64,000 bases of DNA from Verrucomicrobiia bacterium (GCA_963664225.1 OY760937.1:2656001-2720000); one strand, 5' to 3'; shown: positions 29,544 through 40,435, counted from the stretch's first letter. Translations and numbers: made by a program. The notes: a model not told the origin generated them from the letters alone.

Positions 29544-30838
29544 GGCAGCGTCAATATATAAAGGTATCAACTGAGTTAGTTAGTTGAGGGGTGAATGATG
29601 TAGTTCCAATCCCCATGAAACGAGTTTCGTTTTAGGTTCACCCGCTTGAATTCCTCGTCAGTCACCTTACGACCGGTGGAGTATTTGCGCCGGTCCAGCC
29701 GACAGATCACCTGGAGCCCTTTGGCGGTGGTCGTGCTGGCAATCAGGTTGACGATCGTCTCATAATTCAGGAGCGGCTCGCCGCGCCAATTCGAGGAGAT
29801 GAACGAGAACAACCGGTGTTCCACCTTGTTCTACTTGCTGGTTCCCGGTGGAAAGTGACAGACCGAAATGGAAAGGCCCGTGTCATCGGCAAGCTTTTGC
29901 AGTTCCAATTTCCAGAGCCGCAATCGGGAGCCATTGCTGCCCCCTCCATCGGCCGTGATGACCAGTTCCCGCGCCTGCGCGTACAAGGATCGGCCTTCGT
30001 GGCGCCACCAACCCCGGATGGAGGCGACGGCAAATGCCCCAGTGTCATGATCGGTGCCCACATTCACATACCCCGTGTTGCGCGCCAGGTCGTAAATTCC
30101 ATACGGAAACGTGCGAGGAACCTCGGGAGAAGGAAAATCGTGCCCGTTGACCATGACCGGCTGCTTTGCGGGAAGCCACTGCTGGCCGCTGTTATCGTAG
30201 TTGCCCAGCAGTTCCTTTTTCTTGGTATCCACTGAGATGACCGGCATCCCCGCCGCCAAGGCCCGCTTGACCTGTGCGTTGATATGACGGAATTGCGCGT
30301 CCCGGTCGGGATGGTCCTCCCCTTCCTCCATCTTGCGGTTGCTTTGCAGGCTGTAGTTCTGAGCGCGCAGAAGCTGCGCCACTTTCTCATGACTGACCGG
30401 ATGCTTCTGCCAGGTCAGTTCCATGGCCAGAGTCCGGGTGCTCTTGCATATCCAGCGCAAGGGAGATTCGGGGTCGCCCCGCGTTTCCGGTTCAATCAAA
30501 CATTCCAATGAGGCGAGAAGTTCAGGATCGTTGACGGTGATTTTCCTGCGGCCTGCACCCATGCGGCGAATACGCCCCGGCAGCGAGGTTCCCTCGGTTA
30601 TCTCGTGCATCCCTTTGGCAATCGCTTTTCGTGAGAGCCCACTGGCTCGGCGCACCATCGAGATGCCGCCGTATCCCAAGGATCGAGCTTCGTTGGCAGC
30701 CATGAGCCTTCGACTCCGCTCGTCAAGAAGCGGCCAGACACTGGAAAACTTTTGTCGCAGTTTAATAGCATCACTGTCCATGTGGAAACAGCATACCACT
30801 TCCACAGCCACTTGCTACCTTTATATATTGACGACGCC
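29544..30838 (-). mobile_element. ISAzo13-family insertion sequence (1295 bp)
   Basis: 27-bp terminal inverted repeats at 29544-29570 and 30812-30838 (24/27 identical), flanked by TAA direct repeats at 29541-29543 and 30839-30841. Confidence 0.9.
29576..30781 (-). pseudogene. ISAzo13-family DDE transposase with in-frame TAG
   Basis: ISVDTKKKE, GTDHDT, TADGGGSNG, PPGTSK*NKVEHRLFS: the usual Trp codon reads TAG at 29831-29833. Both ORF pieces are in one frame. Confidence 0.9.
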
Positions 30839-30849
30839 TAAAGGCTGTG

Positions 30850-33228
30850 TTACTTCGCGGCGGGCAGGCGCAGGCCCGGGAGCCAGTGGTCGAGCAGGTT
30901 GCGGCAGTTTAGTATTTTCTCGGCCAGATCGACCGGGACGTAGAAGTAGTGGTTGGACGCCTCGAAGCCGATGCGTGAGTCGCGGGACTGGATGGAATGC
31001 AAACGGCGGGCGAGGGACAGTTCCTCGGTGACCACGTATTCGAGAACATCGATCTGACGGGTGGTGTCCTCGCTGGTTTTTGAGGCCAACAGGGCGCGGC
31101 GCGCAACCACGAACCGGGTCTGGTTGGCGGTGCTGCGGAAATGGATGGCTGCGGCTTCCGCGACACGGAGTTCCGCCTCGAAGGCGCGAAGCTCCGATTT
31201 GGAGAGCGTGTTTGTGACCATCGATGCCGCCTTCCTGAGTTTGACGAGCGCCTGATCGAAACCATCGGCCACTTTCTCCAACTGGCTGATGAATATCTCC
31301 GGCGGATAGACCGAGCGCCAGGCGTCCAGGTCGTCGTAGGGGAAGCCGACCATTGTGGCGTGATAGCCGGTGGGTGCCGCCCAGAGGAGGTTCGCGGGAC
31401 CGTATTGCTGCGGGGCGTTATAGACCACGCCGCCGTCATACGGAAACTCGCTGAACGCGGTGCTGAATTCGCACCAGGCCGCAACGACTGCGGGGGCGAG
31501 GGCTGTTCCGAATCGCCGCTCCGCCACGCGGTTCATCGCGGTGGCTGCGGAACCGCTGGACAGGGCTTCGGCCACCACCTCAAGATTTGGGGACGGGTAG
31601 CCGCCGAGAGTCCAGCCCAGCATCAAGCCAGCGACCTGCGCGCCGCACAAATTGACCGCGTGCCGGGCGACATTCTCCATGGCGGGGATGTAGGGGACGG
31701 CGGATAGTTCCCAGGTGTTCCCGGCCTGAATCTTGGCGATGGTTTTGAGGCCGCGTTTACGGGCCAGTTCCCAGTGGCGCTGCGCGCGCGGTCCGGGGCC
31801 GATGGAGGAAATGGAGTATTCGCCCACGGTGTTTTTGACGCCGCCGCGCTCGATGGGCAGGCTCCATTCGCTCACGCTCATGAGCGAAACTTCCTTTGGC
31901 AACTGGTTGATGATGGCTTCGGCCCATGTGTCGTTCCAGCCCCAGTCCCAGGCGAGCAGGCGTGCGCTGCCGCCCGATTTCTGGATGCCCTCGAAGAAGA
32001 GTTTGTTCACCTCCGCGATGACGTCGGCGGGTGGGCGTTTGCCGCAGCGCGGGCATTGGGCGCCGCCACCGTGGGACCAGCAGTTGGTCAGGTTCTCCGA
32101 GGCGGTGATGGTGAGGAAGCCGCCAAGGTCCGGCACGGCGCTGCAAATCGTGGTGACCGAATCGCGGAGGAACTTCTGCACCTCCGGGACACTGGTGCAA
32201 GGCACGGCATGATCGCCTTCCACGACGCCCTTCATCTCTGGGTGGGTTTCGAAAAATGCCAATGGCAGGGCGCGCGGCTCGTTGAGGTAGAGAAAGACGC
32301 GGATGCCGTGACGCCCGGCCTGCGCCACGAGGGCGCGCAGGTTTTTCAACCGCTCCTCGTATCGCTCGCTGAACTTCGGATTCCACGGGTAGGGCGCGAG
32401 CCTGGAGAGTTCGCCCTGGAGCCAGACACCGTTGACGCCCGCGCTGGCGAGACGGGCGAGGTAGCCGTCCGTATAAGGCGGGAATTCGGTGTCGAGCAGG
32501 GGATCGCCATAGAGCGCGAAATAGGAATAGCAGAAGCGCAGGGAATCACCGGAGGCCGGCGGGTGTGCGCTGGAGGAGGATGGTTTCGACGAGAGGTCCG
32601 CCACGAAAGAAAAGAGCGGATCGGCGGAGTTCGCGGCGCAATTCGGGAGTTCGCGTTGGAGAACCGCGGCCACCTCGCGCTCGCGCTGCCGGGTTATTTC
32701 ATTGGACGGCTGGAAACGAAGCGGCTCGCAGTGGGGTTTCAGATTGCCCAGCTTGATGTAGAGGAAATCGTCCTCGCGCAGTGTGTAGGCCATTTCCTCC
32801 GGCGTCCACTGGAGGAGTGTCAGGAGTTGCTCGTAGGGCAGGAGGTGCCAGTTGCGCCGGATGACCGTGATGTAAGAGCGGCGCTGTTGTTCCCGGGTGA
32901 TGCGCGGGGGCTTGCCCAGGCCCATGGCCGCACCGAGTTGACGGATGTCCACCGGTTTGGCCCCTACGACAGCCGCCATGCGATCCACGGGCACCAGCGG
33001 CCAGTTCCGCCACACGAAGGCGTGGAGCCGGGTGGGAAAATGGGGACAGGCCACCGGCATCGGGGCGGCGCCTTTTGGCAACTCCGCGATGGAGAGGCCT
33101 GGAGCAGGCGTGATCGCGGGCGCGGGATCTGCGGCAAAAGCGGTTTCGCCAAACGCCAATCCAGCGGTGACGACGGAGGCCGTTTTAAGAAAGCGACGAC
33201 GGGACTGGGCTGAAGCAAATGGATTCAT
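30850..33228 (-). CDS. Tat-exported hypothetical protein, possibly a TIM-barrel glycoside hydrolase
   Basis: SRRRFLK twin-arginine signal; GVNGVWL, HGIRVFLYLNEP, ITASE, WDWGW; no family recognised confidently. Confidence 0.6.
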   Translation of the reverse strand: MNPFASAQSRRRFLKTASVVTAGLAFGETAFAADPAPAITPAPGLSIAELPKGAAPMPVACPHFPTRLHAFVWRNWPLVPVDRMAAVVGAKPVDIRQLGAAMGLGKPPRITREQQRRSYITVIRRNWHLLPYEQLLTLLQWTPEEMAYTLREDDFLYIKLGNLKPHCEPLRFQPSNEITRQREREVAAVLQRELPNCAANSADPLFSFVADLSSKPSSSSAHPPASGDSLRFCYSYFALYGDPLLDTEFPPYTDGYLARLASAGVNGVWLQGELSRLAPYPWNPKFSERYEERLKNLRALVAQAGRHGIRVFLYLNEPRALPLAFFETHPEMKGVVEGDHAVPCTSVPEVQKFLRDSVTTICSAVPDLGGFLTITASENLTNCWSHGGGAQCPRCGKRPPADVIAEVNKLFFEGIQKSGGSARLLAWDWGWNDTWAEAIINQLPKEVSLMSVSEWSLPIERGGVKNTVGEYSISSIGPGPRAQRHWELARKRGLKTIAKIQAGNTWELSAVPYIPAMENVARHAVNLCGAQVAGLMLGWTLGGYPSPNLEVVAEALSSGSAATAMNRVAERRFGTALAPAVVAAWCEFSTAFSEFPYDGGVVYNAPQQYGPANLLWAAPTGYHATMVGFPYDDLDAWRSVYPPEIFISQLEKVADGFDQALVKLRKAASMVTNTLSKSELRAFEAELRVAEAAAIHFRSTANQTRFVVARRALLASKTSEDTTRQIDVLEYVVTEELSLARRLHSIQSRDSRIGFEASNHYFYVPVDLAEKILNCRNLLDHWLPGLRLPAAK

Positions 33229-33323
33229 GAGCGCAAAGGTTAGAGTGAATGCGGGTTTCGCTCAAGCTAAATCCACAGGCTGTCAAGGAGATTATTGGAG
33301 GCCGCAATGAGTGCGCGGGCTGA

Positions 33324-33361
33324 GAAAATGAGAAAGCGCCGGGTGGGGATTCCCGACGCTT
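33324..33361 (-). terminator. Probable Rho-independent terminator
   Basis: On the minus strand, an AAGCGTCGGG/CCCGGCGCTT stem followed by TCTCATTTTC, just after the adenylate kinase stop. Confidence 0.5.
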
Positions 33362-33383
33362 CAATTCAACGTGGCGGTGTTTA

Positions 33384-34727
33384 TTACGCGGCCGTGGCCA
33401 TCTGGCTTTGCCATTGCTTGACGGTGGCCTGCATGCGCTCGCGCACTTCATCCACACTGCCCATGCCGGAGACTTCCATGAGAAGCCCGCGCTGGCGGTA
33501 TTGATCGATCAATGGCTCGGTCTGCGCATGGAAGGACTTGAGCCGGGCGCGAATGGTTTCCGGATTATCGTCATCCCGCTGGAAGAGCGTGGCGCCGTCC
33601 GTGTCGCAAATGCCCGGCTTGGCCGGTTTCTTATATTCCTCGTGATAGGAGGTCTGGCAGACGGGACAGACACTGCGGCCGCCGAGGCGATACACGATTT
33701 CCTCATCGGAGACGTTGAGGTAGATGACGCCGTCGAGTGGACGCTGCAGCTCCATCAGGATTTCGTCCAGGGCCTGCGTTTGCGGCAGGGTGCGCGGAAA
33801 GCCGTCGAACATGAAACCCGCCGCGGCATCCGGTTGGGTGAGGCGCTCCTGCACCATGGCCTCGGTCAAATGGTCGGGGACCAGTTCGCCGCGGTTCATG
33901 TAACCTTGCGCGATTTTGCCCAGTTCCGTTTGCTCGGAAATGTTCGCGCGGAAAATGGATCCGGTCGAGATATGCGGAATGCCCAGGATGTGACAAAGGT
34001 ATTGCGCGTGGGTGCCCTTGCCGCTGCCCGGCCCGCCCAGGATCACCAGGTTGAGACCGCTGCGGCCCGAACCGCTCACGGGCAGAGGTTTCTTGTTGAA
34101 CAGGTTGGCGAGCAGGCGGCTGTCGCGCTTGCTCAACGGCGTTTTGCGGCCGGCCGCGAGTTCGCTGATCACCGGGAAGAGTTCCTGATAGACCTTATCG
34201 ACGGGCGGCTTGGCGCGCACGACCGACAGGCGGCCCGAGTCCGCATACCGTTTGAGCATGGGGCCGGTGGTACGGGCGAACACACGCTGGCGATGGCGCA
34301 AAATCTGGGGCCGGTCATCCTCGCGCGGCGGAATTCTCTTTGCGGCGCGCTCGAAAACAACGGTGTCGGGGATGGGCAGATAAATCGCGGCATCGAGCTT
34401 GCGATTGTAGCGCTCCAGAAGTTCGTCCAGGAACTGCGCCTGGTACTCGGTGGACGGGAAGCCGTCAAACACCAGCCCCTGGCGCGGCGGGGTATGACAC
34501 ACCGCTTCCTCGATGATCGCAGAGATCACCTCGTCGGGCACAAGTTCGCCACGGTCAATATAGCGGCGCGTGAGAATGCCCAGGAAAGTTTTCTTCTCCC
34601 GGTTCTCGCGCATCAACAAGCCAGGGGACACATGTTTCAAATCAAAAGCATCAATCAACAGGGTTGAGAGCGTGCTCTTGCCGGCGCAAGTTGGTCCTAT
34701 TAACGCAAAATTCATCAGCGGGGCCAT
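33384..34727 (-). CDS. Tandem two-domain adenylate kinase
   Basis: Domain 1: GPTCAGKST, GELVPD, DGFPS, REDD. Domain 2: GGPGSGKGT, HISTG, GELVPD, DGFPRT, CPVC...CDTD lid, QRDDD. Confidence 0.9.
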   Translation of the reverse strand: MAPLMNFALIGPTCAGKSTLSTLLIDAFDLKHVSPGLLMRENREKKTFLGILTRRYIDRGELVPDEVISAIIEEAVCHTPPRQGLVFDGFPSTEYQAQFLDELLERYNRKLDAAIYLPIPDTVVFERAAKRIPPREDDRPQILRHRQRVFARTTGPMLKRYADSGRLSVVRAKPPVDKVYQELFPVISELAAGRKTPLSKRDSRLLANLFNKKPLPVSGSGRSGLNLVILGGPGSGKGTHAQYLCHILGIPHISTGSIFRANISEQTELGKIAQGYMNRGELVPDHLTEAMVQERLTQPDAAAGFMFDGFPRTLPQTQALDEILMELQRPLDGVIYLNVSDEEIVYRLGGRSVCPVCQTSYHEEYKKPAKPGICDTDGATLFQRDDDNPETIRARLKSFHAQTEPLIDQYRQRGLLMEVSGMGSVDEVRERMQATVKQWQSQMATAA

Positions 34728-34916
34728 TCATAGCGTCAAGCGCGGAAAATTCCAAGTACCAATGCGACGAAATTATTAATACTTATGATACGCATCGATT
34801 GAATTTCTGCATTCGAATAATAAATGAAGGGCTCGAAGGCGATTCCGGCCCTCGTTTGATGCTTCCAATCCAAGCCCTTCCGAAGAAGGGCGGTCATGCG
34901 ATTGCGTGCCGAGATG

Positions 34917-36809
34917 CTAAATCATAAAGGCGGCGTCTTCACCGCGGATATGGAGATATTCCAGCAGCGTGTTCACGGAGGCGCTGACATCGAGCTGGTC
35001 GGTGCGCAGTTCGACCTCCGGGTTTGTGGGCGCTTCGTAAGGGGCGGAAACACCGGTGAACTCCTTGATTTCATTGGCGCGGGCTTTGGCGTAAAGGCCC
35101 TTGGGATCGCGGCGTTCGCAGATTTCAATGGGGGCGTTCACATACACCTCGATGAACTGGCCCGGGGCCACGAGGCCGCGCACGAAATCGCGATCCTCCT
35201 TGTAGGGCGATATGAAGGCCGTGATCAGGATCTGGCCGGAATCGACGAACAGTTTGGCGACTTCGCCCACGCGGCGGATGTTTTCCTTGCGGTCGCGCGG
35301 TGTAAACGTGAGATCGGAGCAAAGGCCGTGGCGGACGTTGTCGCCGTCCAGCACATAGGCCTGACGGCCCAGGACGAAGAGTTCGCGTTCCAGCTCGGTG
35401 GCGATGGTGGATTTGCCGGAACCCGAGAGGCCGGTGAGCCAGAGGATGCAGCCCGGATGACCGTTGCGCTGGGCGCGGTTTTCCACAGTGACCCTGCCGT
35501 GGCTCCAATAGATGTTGTCGCTTTTGTGGGCGGGCTCGGTCGTGTGACGCGGATACTGGCCGGGCACGATGATGCCGCCGCCGGCCACATCCACGCCGTC
35601 CACAATGACAAAGCGGCCTGTGGTGGCGAAATCGGTAAAGACATCGAAGGCGACCGGCTTGCGGGTTTTCAGGGTCAGCTCACCCACTTCGTGGCGGCCC
35701 ACGAAAACCTCCTTGGTGGTGCGCTTGATGGATTCGAGCGTGGAGGCGTCGATGACCTTGTCCAGCTTCTCGATTTCGCACTCGACCTCCTGGGTGGCCA
35801 GCTTGAGCTTGTATTTGCGGCCTTTCTGGAAGGGCTTTTTTCCCAGCCAGAAGATGCGGGTGTTAAAGTGCGACCACTCAAACGGGGGCGCAGCCTCGAG
35901 GGCGGCCACAGCGCCGCGTTCCACGAAGATTTGCTCGGTCAGGGTGATGCCAATGCTTTCACCGGCATCCGCGAAATCGCGCGAAGGGGCGTTCCAGCGT
36001 TCGATGGATTTGACCGTACTGGCCTTGTTATACGGCGAGAACAACAGGCGGTCGCCCACCTTGATGGAGCCGGATTCGATGCGCCCGGCAAGAATGCGGC
36101 GTTCGTCAAAGCGGTAAACATCCTGAATGGGGAAACGCAGGGGCTTGCCGCTGGGCATTTCCGAGGCGGCGAAATTATCGAGCGCCTCGACCACCGTGGG
36201 GCCCTTCCACCAGGGCATATTGGTGCCGCGGTCGGAGATGTTATCCCCGTTGCGGGCGGCGATGGGAATGAAAACGATGGGTTCGACGCCGATGCTTTTA
36301 AGCCAGGCGCGATACTCCGCCTCGATCTGGTCGAATCGGGCCTGACTGTAATCGGCCAGGTCCATCTTGTTGACGAGAACCGCGATCTGGCGGATACCGA
36401 GCAAATTCAGCAGGAACCCGTGACGCCGGGAATTTTCCTGCACGCCTTCGTGGGCATCGATCAACAACAGCGCGGCCTCCGCGTTGGCCGCGCCGGTGAC
36501 CATGTTCTTCAGGAACTCCTTATGGCCCGGAGCATCGATGATGACGTATTGGCGCTTCTGGGTGCGGAACCAGATTTGGGCAGTGTCGATGGTGATGTTC
36601 TGGTCGCGCTCAGATTGGAGGGCGTCCATGAGGTTGGCCCACTCGAAGGGCACACCGCGGCGCTCGGCGATCTGCTGGAGTTGCTCGAGCTTGCCCTCGG
36701 GCAGCGAGCCGGTGTCATGAAAGAGACGGCCCACAAAGGTGGATTTGCCGTGATCGACATGGCCGACGATGACGATCTTCAGTTGTTCACTGGGTATGGT
36801 GGAAAGCAT
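34917..36809 (-). CDS. cysNC: Bifunctional sulfate adenylyltransferase large subunit / APS kinase
   Basis: [18 protein letters not shown] (GTPase); C-terminal [29 protein letters not shown]. Confidence 0.95.
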   Translation of the reverse strand: MLSTIPSEQLKIVIVGHVDHGKSTFVGRLFHDTGSLPEGKLEQLQQIAERRGVPFEWANLMDALQSERDQNITIDTAQIWFRTQKRQYVIIDAPGHKEFLKNMVTGAANAEAALLLIDAHEGVQENSRRHGFLLNLLGIRQIAVLVNKMDLADYSQARFDQIEAEYRAWLKSIGVEPIVFIPIAARNGDNISDRGTNMPWWKGPTVVEALDNFAASEMPSGKPLRFPIQDVYRFDERRILAGRIESGSIKVGDRLLFSPYNKASTVKSIERWNAPSRDFADAGESIGITLTEQIFVERGAVAALEAAPPFEWSHFNTRIFWLGKKPFQKGRKYKLKLATQEVECEIEKLDKVIDASTLESIKRTTKEVFVGRHEVGELTLKTRKPVAFDVFTDFATTGRFVIVDGVDVAGGGIIVPGQYPRHTTEPAHKSDNIYWSHGRVTVENRAQRNGHPGCILWLTGLSGSGKSTIATELERELFVLGRQAYVLDGDNVRHGLCSDLTFTPRDRKENIRRVGEVAKLFVDSGQILITAFISPYKEDRDFVRGLVAPGQFIEVYVNAPIEICERRDPKGLYAKARANEIKEFTGVSAPYEAPTNPEVELRTDQLDVSASVNTLLEYLHIRGEDAAFMI

Positions 36810-36848
36810 AGGTGGAGTTTCGCTCAAAATGGTCGTCGTGGGGTTGGT

Positions 36849-37661
36849 TCACATGTAACCGTCGCGGCGGAGCTTTTCAAAGGCGTCCTCGCTCTCCTTG
36901 TCCTGGGCGCGACCGGCGCGCTCGGGGGTGTTCGTGGCGCGGAGTTCCTCGATGATCTCCTTGACCGTGCGCGCCTGGGATTTTATGGGAAAGGTGCAGG
37001 GGAAGCAACCGAGGCTGCGATAGCGTTCGCCCTTTTCATTGGCGAAATAGAGGGGAATGACCGGGATGTTTTCCCGCTCGATGTATTCCCAGATGTTCAG
37101 CTCGGTCCAGTGCAGCAACGGATGGATGCGGATGTGGGTGCCGGGATTGAAATCGGTCTTGAACTGGTCCCACAACTCGGGGGGCTGGTCCTCGACATTC
37201 CACTCCATGTTCTTGTCGCGCGGGCTGAAATAGCGTTCCTTGGCGCGGGTGGGTTCCTCGTCGCGGCGCACACCGACAATGACGCCGGTGAAATGGTGTT
37301 CCTCGAGCACCTGCTTGAGGGCATCCTTCTTGAGCGTGCCGCAGCATTGCACGCGGGTGGCCTTGCCATTGGGATAGGTATCGCCAGCGGCCAGCACCGC
37401 CTCATTCTTGCCGACCACCAGGTCGAGCTTCCAGTCGTGGCAGAGCCGGTCCCGATACTCGATCATGGACGGGATTTTGTAGGTGGTATCCACATGCACC
37501 AGCGGGAAGGGCACATGGCCGAAGAAGGCCTTGCGTGCCAGCCAGAGCAGCACGGTGGAGTCCTTGCCGATGCTCCAGAGCATGGCCATGTTTTCGAATT
37601 TATTAAATGCCTCCCGAAGTATATAGATACTTTGGTTTTCCAGTTTAGACAAATAGTCCAT
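36849..37661 (-). CDS. cysD: Sulfate adenylyltransferase small subunit
   Basis: [37 protein letters not shown] end. Confidence 0.95.
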   Translation of the reverse strand: MDYLSKLENQSIYILREAFNKFENMAMLWSIGKDSTVLLWLARKAFFGHVPFPLVHVDTTYKIPSMIEYRDRLCHDWKLDLVVGKNEAVLAAGDTYPNGKATRVQCCGTLKKDALKQVLEEHHFTGVIVGVRRDEEPTRAKERYFSPRDKNMEWNVEDQPPELWDQFKTDFNPGTHIRIHPLLHWTELNIWEYIERENIPVIPLYFANEKGERYRSLGCFPCTFPIKSQARTVKEIIEELRATNTPERAGRAQDKESEDAFEKLRRDGYM

Positions 37662-37727
37662 TAATATGTGGTATTCTGAATTTAACTTACCCTCACTAAA
37701 ATATTATTCGACCCGTGGCTTTCCTCC

Positions 37728-38459
37728 TCACTTCTTTTTCATGAAAGTGTGAATGCCGCATTCTTTCTTTTCAAAGCCGGTCCAGCGCCCCGCCCGCTCA
37801 TCCTCGCCCTCGCTGGTTTTCCGCGTGCACGGCTGGCAACCGATGGAGCGATAGCCCTGGTCCTGCAGCGGATTGTAGGGAATGCCGTGCTTCTTCAAAT
37901 AGTCCCAGACGGCCTGACGCGTCCAACCCGCCATGGGGTTCAGCTTGACGATGTCGCGACCGGAGTTTTCGTCGGCGATGAATAACTCGACAATGCCGAC
38001 ATCCGCGCGGGTATCGCTCTGCTCGCGACGCAGACCGGTGATCCAGCAATCCAGGTCCGACAGACGGTCGCGCAGCGGCAGCACCTTGCGCAGCGTGCAG
38101 CACAGGTCGGGATCGGACTTCCAAAGGGCCGGTCCGTGCGCGGCCTCCTGCTGGGAGACGGTCAAATCCGGTTCCAGCGCCTGAATGCGATAACCGAAAA
38201 AATCCTCGAGCCGTTTTTTTAGCGCGATCGTTTCCGGGAACAGCAGGCCGGTATCCAGCGTGAACACCGGGAACTCCAGGCCGTTGGTTTTGGCCAGGTG
38301 CATCATGACCAGGCCCGCGCCCTGGAAACTGGTGCCGATGGCCGCGCGCGCGCCAAAACGGTCCCAGGCCCAACGCAGGATATCGTCCGTGGACTGTCCC
38401 GTGAAGCGGGCGTTGAGTCCGGCGATTTCCTCTGCGGCGATCAAGGTTTGTGGCGGCAT
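37728..38459 (-). CDS. cysH: APS/PAPS reductase, Fe-S (APS reductase) type
   Basis: LDTG, LCCTLRK, WITGLRREQ, YRSIGCQPCT, RAGRW, ECGIH. Confidence 0.93.
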   Translation of the reverse strand: MPPQTLIAAEEIAGLNARFTGQSTDDILRWAWDRFGARAAIGTSFQGAGLVMMHLAKTNGLEFPVFTLDTGLLFPETIALKKRLEDFFGYRIQALEPDLTVSQQEAAHGPALWKSDPDLCCTLRKVLPLRDRLSDLDCWITGLRREQSDTRADVGIVELFIADENSGRDIVKLNPMAGWTRQAVWDYLKKHGIPYNPLQDQGYRSIGCQPCTRKTSEGEDERAGRWTGFEKKECGIHTFMKKK

Positions 38460-38485
38460 TTGTCCCGTTGTCCCGTGGTTCGAAA

Positions 38486-40168
38486 TCAGGCCGTCGGCGC
38501 GGGTTCGTTCCAGAGCACCCGGGCCACCCAGTCGCCAAAACGTTCGCCGGCTAATCGCTCCTTGCCATACCGTTCCAGCAAGGGACGCAATTCGTTGATG
38601 ATATCCGCGTCCTTGACGGTGTCCTTGTAAAGCCGGTTGAGACGGGTGCCCGCCTCGTCGCCGCCCAGGTAGAGCTGATAGCGTCCGGGGGCCTTGCCCA
38701 CGAAACCGATCTCCGCCATGTAAGGCCGGGCGCAACCGTTGGGGCAGCCAGTCATGCGGGTGATGATTTCCAGATCCCCAAGGCCCAGTTCGGTGAGCAA
38801 CTCCTCGATGCGTGTGATCAAATCCGGCAGGTAACGCTCGGATTCGGCCAGGCCCAGACCGCAGGTGGGCAGGGAGACGCAGGCCATGGAGGAGCGCCGT
38901 AGAGCGGACCCCTGATTCTCGACGGGTATTCCATGCTCGGCCAGGATCTTATTGATCGGCTCGCGCTGGTCGGCGAAGAGGTTCACCAGGATCATGTTAT
39001 TTCCCGGTGTCAGATGGATCTCGGGCTGGAATTGCTGCACAATCTTTTGCAGGGCGGTTTTGAGCCTGCGCGGACCGTTGTCGCGAATACGGCCGGTCTC
39101 GACGAAGAGGCCCAGATACCATTTGCCATTGGATTGGGGCTGCCAGCCGAAGGTGTCGCCCTGGCGGGTGAAGGTGTACGGACGGGCGGGTTGCAGCGTG
39201 AACCCGGCGCGTTTGGAGAATTCCTCGCGGAACCAATCGATGCCGCGATCCGCGAGAATGTATTTCAGGCGGGCGTGTTTGCGGTTGGAGCGGTCGCCAA
39301 AATCGCGATGAATGGTGACCACGGCCCGCACCGCCGCATCGACTTGCTCAGGCGTGATGAACCCGGCCAGGTCGGCCACACGCGGGAAGGTGTCGGGATT
39401 GTTGTGGCTGCGCCCCATGCCGCCGCCCACGGTCAGATTGTAGCCGGTCAACGCCCCTTTCTCCACAATCGCGATCAAACCCACGCAATTGGTCAGGACG
39501 TCCACGTCGTTTACGGGGGGAATGGCGAAGGCGATCTTGAATTTGCGCGGGAGATAGGTCTGGCCGTAAAGAGGGTCGGCAAAGTCCGTATCCGTCGGTT
39601 TTTCGAGGTCCAACTCCTTGCCGTCCAGCCAGATTTCGTGATAGGCCGGGGTGGTTGGGGTGAGCATTTTGGACAACTGACGGGCGCTCTCGCGGATTTG
39701 TTCCGCGACGCCATCGGTGGCCGGTGACGGTGGGGCCATGACGTTGCGCACGACATCCCCGCAGGCCGCAATGGTGGTCAACAGCACGCGGTTGATGCCC
39801 TGGATCGATTGGACAATGTTGGTTTTAACGATACCGTGAAACTGGATGGCCTGTCGCGAGGTGATCCGCAGCGTGTTGTTCGCGTAGGTGGTCGATAATT
39901 CATCCAGGGCCAGATATTGCGCCGGGGCGAGAATGCCGCCCGGAATGCGCACGCGGACCATCAGGATGTATTTCTTGAAGGTTTTGCGCAAATCCCGGTC
40001 GTCCTGCTGGTAGATGCCGTGGAACTTAAGAAACTGGTTGTCCTCTTCGGTGAAATGATCGACTTCCGGTTTGGCCAGAGTTTGCGCAATGGTGCCGTCC
40101 AGGGTCGGGTGGGCCGCCTTCATCAACTCGTTGGCAGAGGGCGCTGTTGCGCTGGTGTTCGGTGTCAT
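38486..40168 (-). CDS. cysI: Sulfite reductase siroheme hemoprotein
   Basis: KFHGIYQQDDRD, ACGDVVRN, YLPRKFK, ACVSLPTCGL, MTGCPNGCARP. Confidence 0.95.
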   Translation of the reverse strand: MTPNTSATAPSANELMKAAHPTLDGTIAQTLAKPEVDHFTEEDNQFLKFHGIYQQDDRDLRKTFKKYILMVRVRIPGGILAPAQYLALDELSTTYANNTLRITSRQAIQFHGIVKTNIVQSIQGINRVLLTTIAACGDVVRNVMAPPSPATDGVAEQIRESARQLSKMLTPTTPAYHEIWLDGKELDLEKPTDTDFADPLYGQTYLPRKFKIAFAIPPVNDVDVLTNCVGLIAIVEKGALTGYNLTVGGGMGRSHNNPDTFPRVADLAGFITPEQVDAAVRAVVTIHRDFGDRSNRKHARLKYILADRGIDWFREEFSKRAGFTLQPARPYTFTRQGDTFGWQPQSNGKWYLGLFVETGRIRDNGPRRLKTALQKIVQQFQPEIHLTPGNNMILVNLFADQREPINKILAEHGIPVENQGSALRRSSMACVSLPTCGLGLAESERYLPDLITRIEELLTELGLGDLEIITRMTGCPNGCARPYMAEIGFVGKAPGRYQLYLGGDEAGTRLNRLYKDTVKDADIINELRPLLERYGKERLAGERFGDWVARVLWNEPAPTA

Positions 40169-40281
40169 AAAGTAGCGTTAGTCGCCCGTTACACTAATGG
40201 CTTCCGGTTAATTTTCAAATCACTAACCGGGATGCTCATGAATCCGCGGTAACGGTGCGAATAAACGATCATTCATGTCGT

Positions 40282-40309
40282 ATATTACACCATTCAAGCG
40301 ATGTGTCAA
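40282..40309 (-). promoter_or_regulatory. Candidate sigma70 promoter of the cys operon
   Basis: On the minus strand, TTGACA (40309-40304), 16-nt spacer, TAATAT (40287-40282). Confidence 0.5.
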
Positions 40310-40435
40310 ATGATGGGTGCAATAAAAGGGGCGAATAACACAAGACGTTGCGGTCCGCTCAGCCCACGCCTGATGCATTCCTCGGGCCGATTGCGCTTAG
40401 CTGTCCTTTAAATCATGTCTGACGCACCCGCCAAA

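Noticed and set aside
29831..29833. Programmed readthrough or recoding of the transposase TAG
   Set aside because: A single TGG-to-TAG change explains it, and TAG serves as a normal stop elsewhere (1590, 7085).
34896..37664. 922-aa plus-strand ORF
   Set aside because: Antisense shadow of cysNC and cysD, expected in high-GC DNA; no recognisable motifs.
40223..40276. 17-codon leaderless uORF or riboswitch ahead of cysI
   Set aside because: MNDRLFAPLPRIHEHPG has no Cys codons or Met run for attenuation, and I could not match a SAM riboswitch consensus; only a 7-bp stem is evident.
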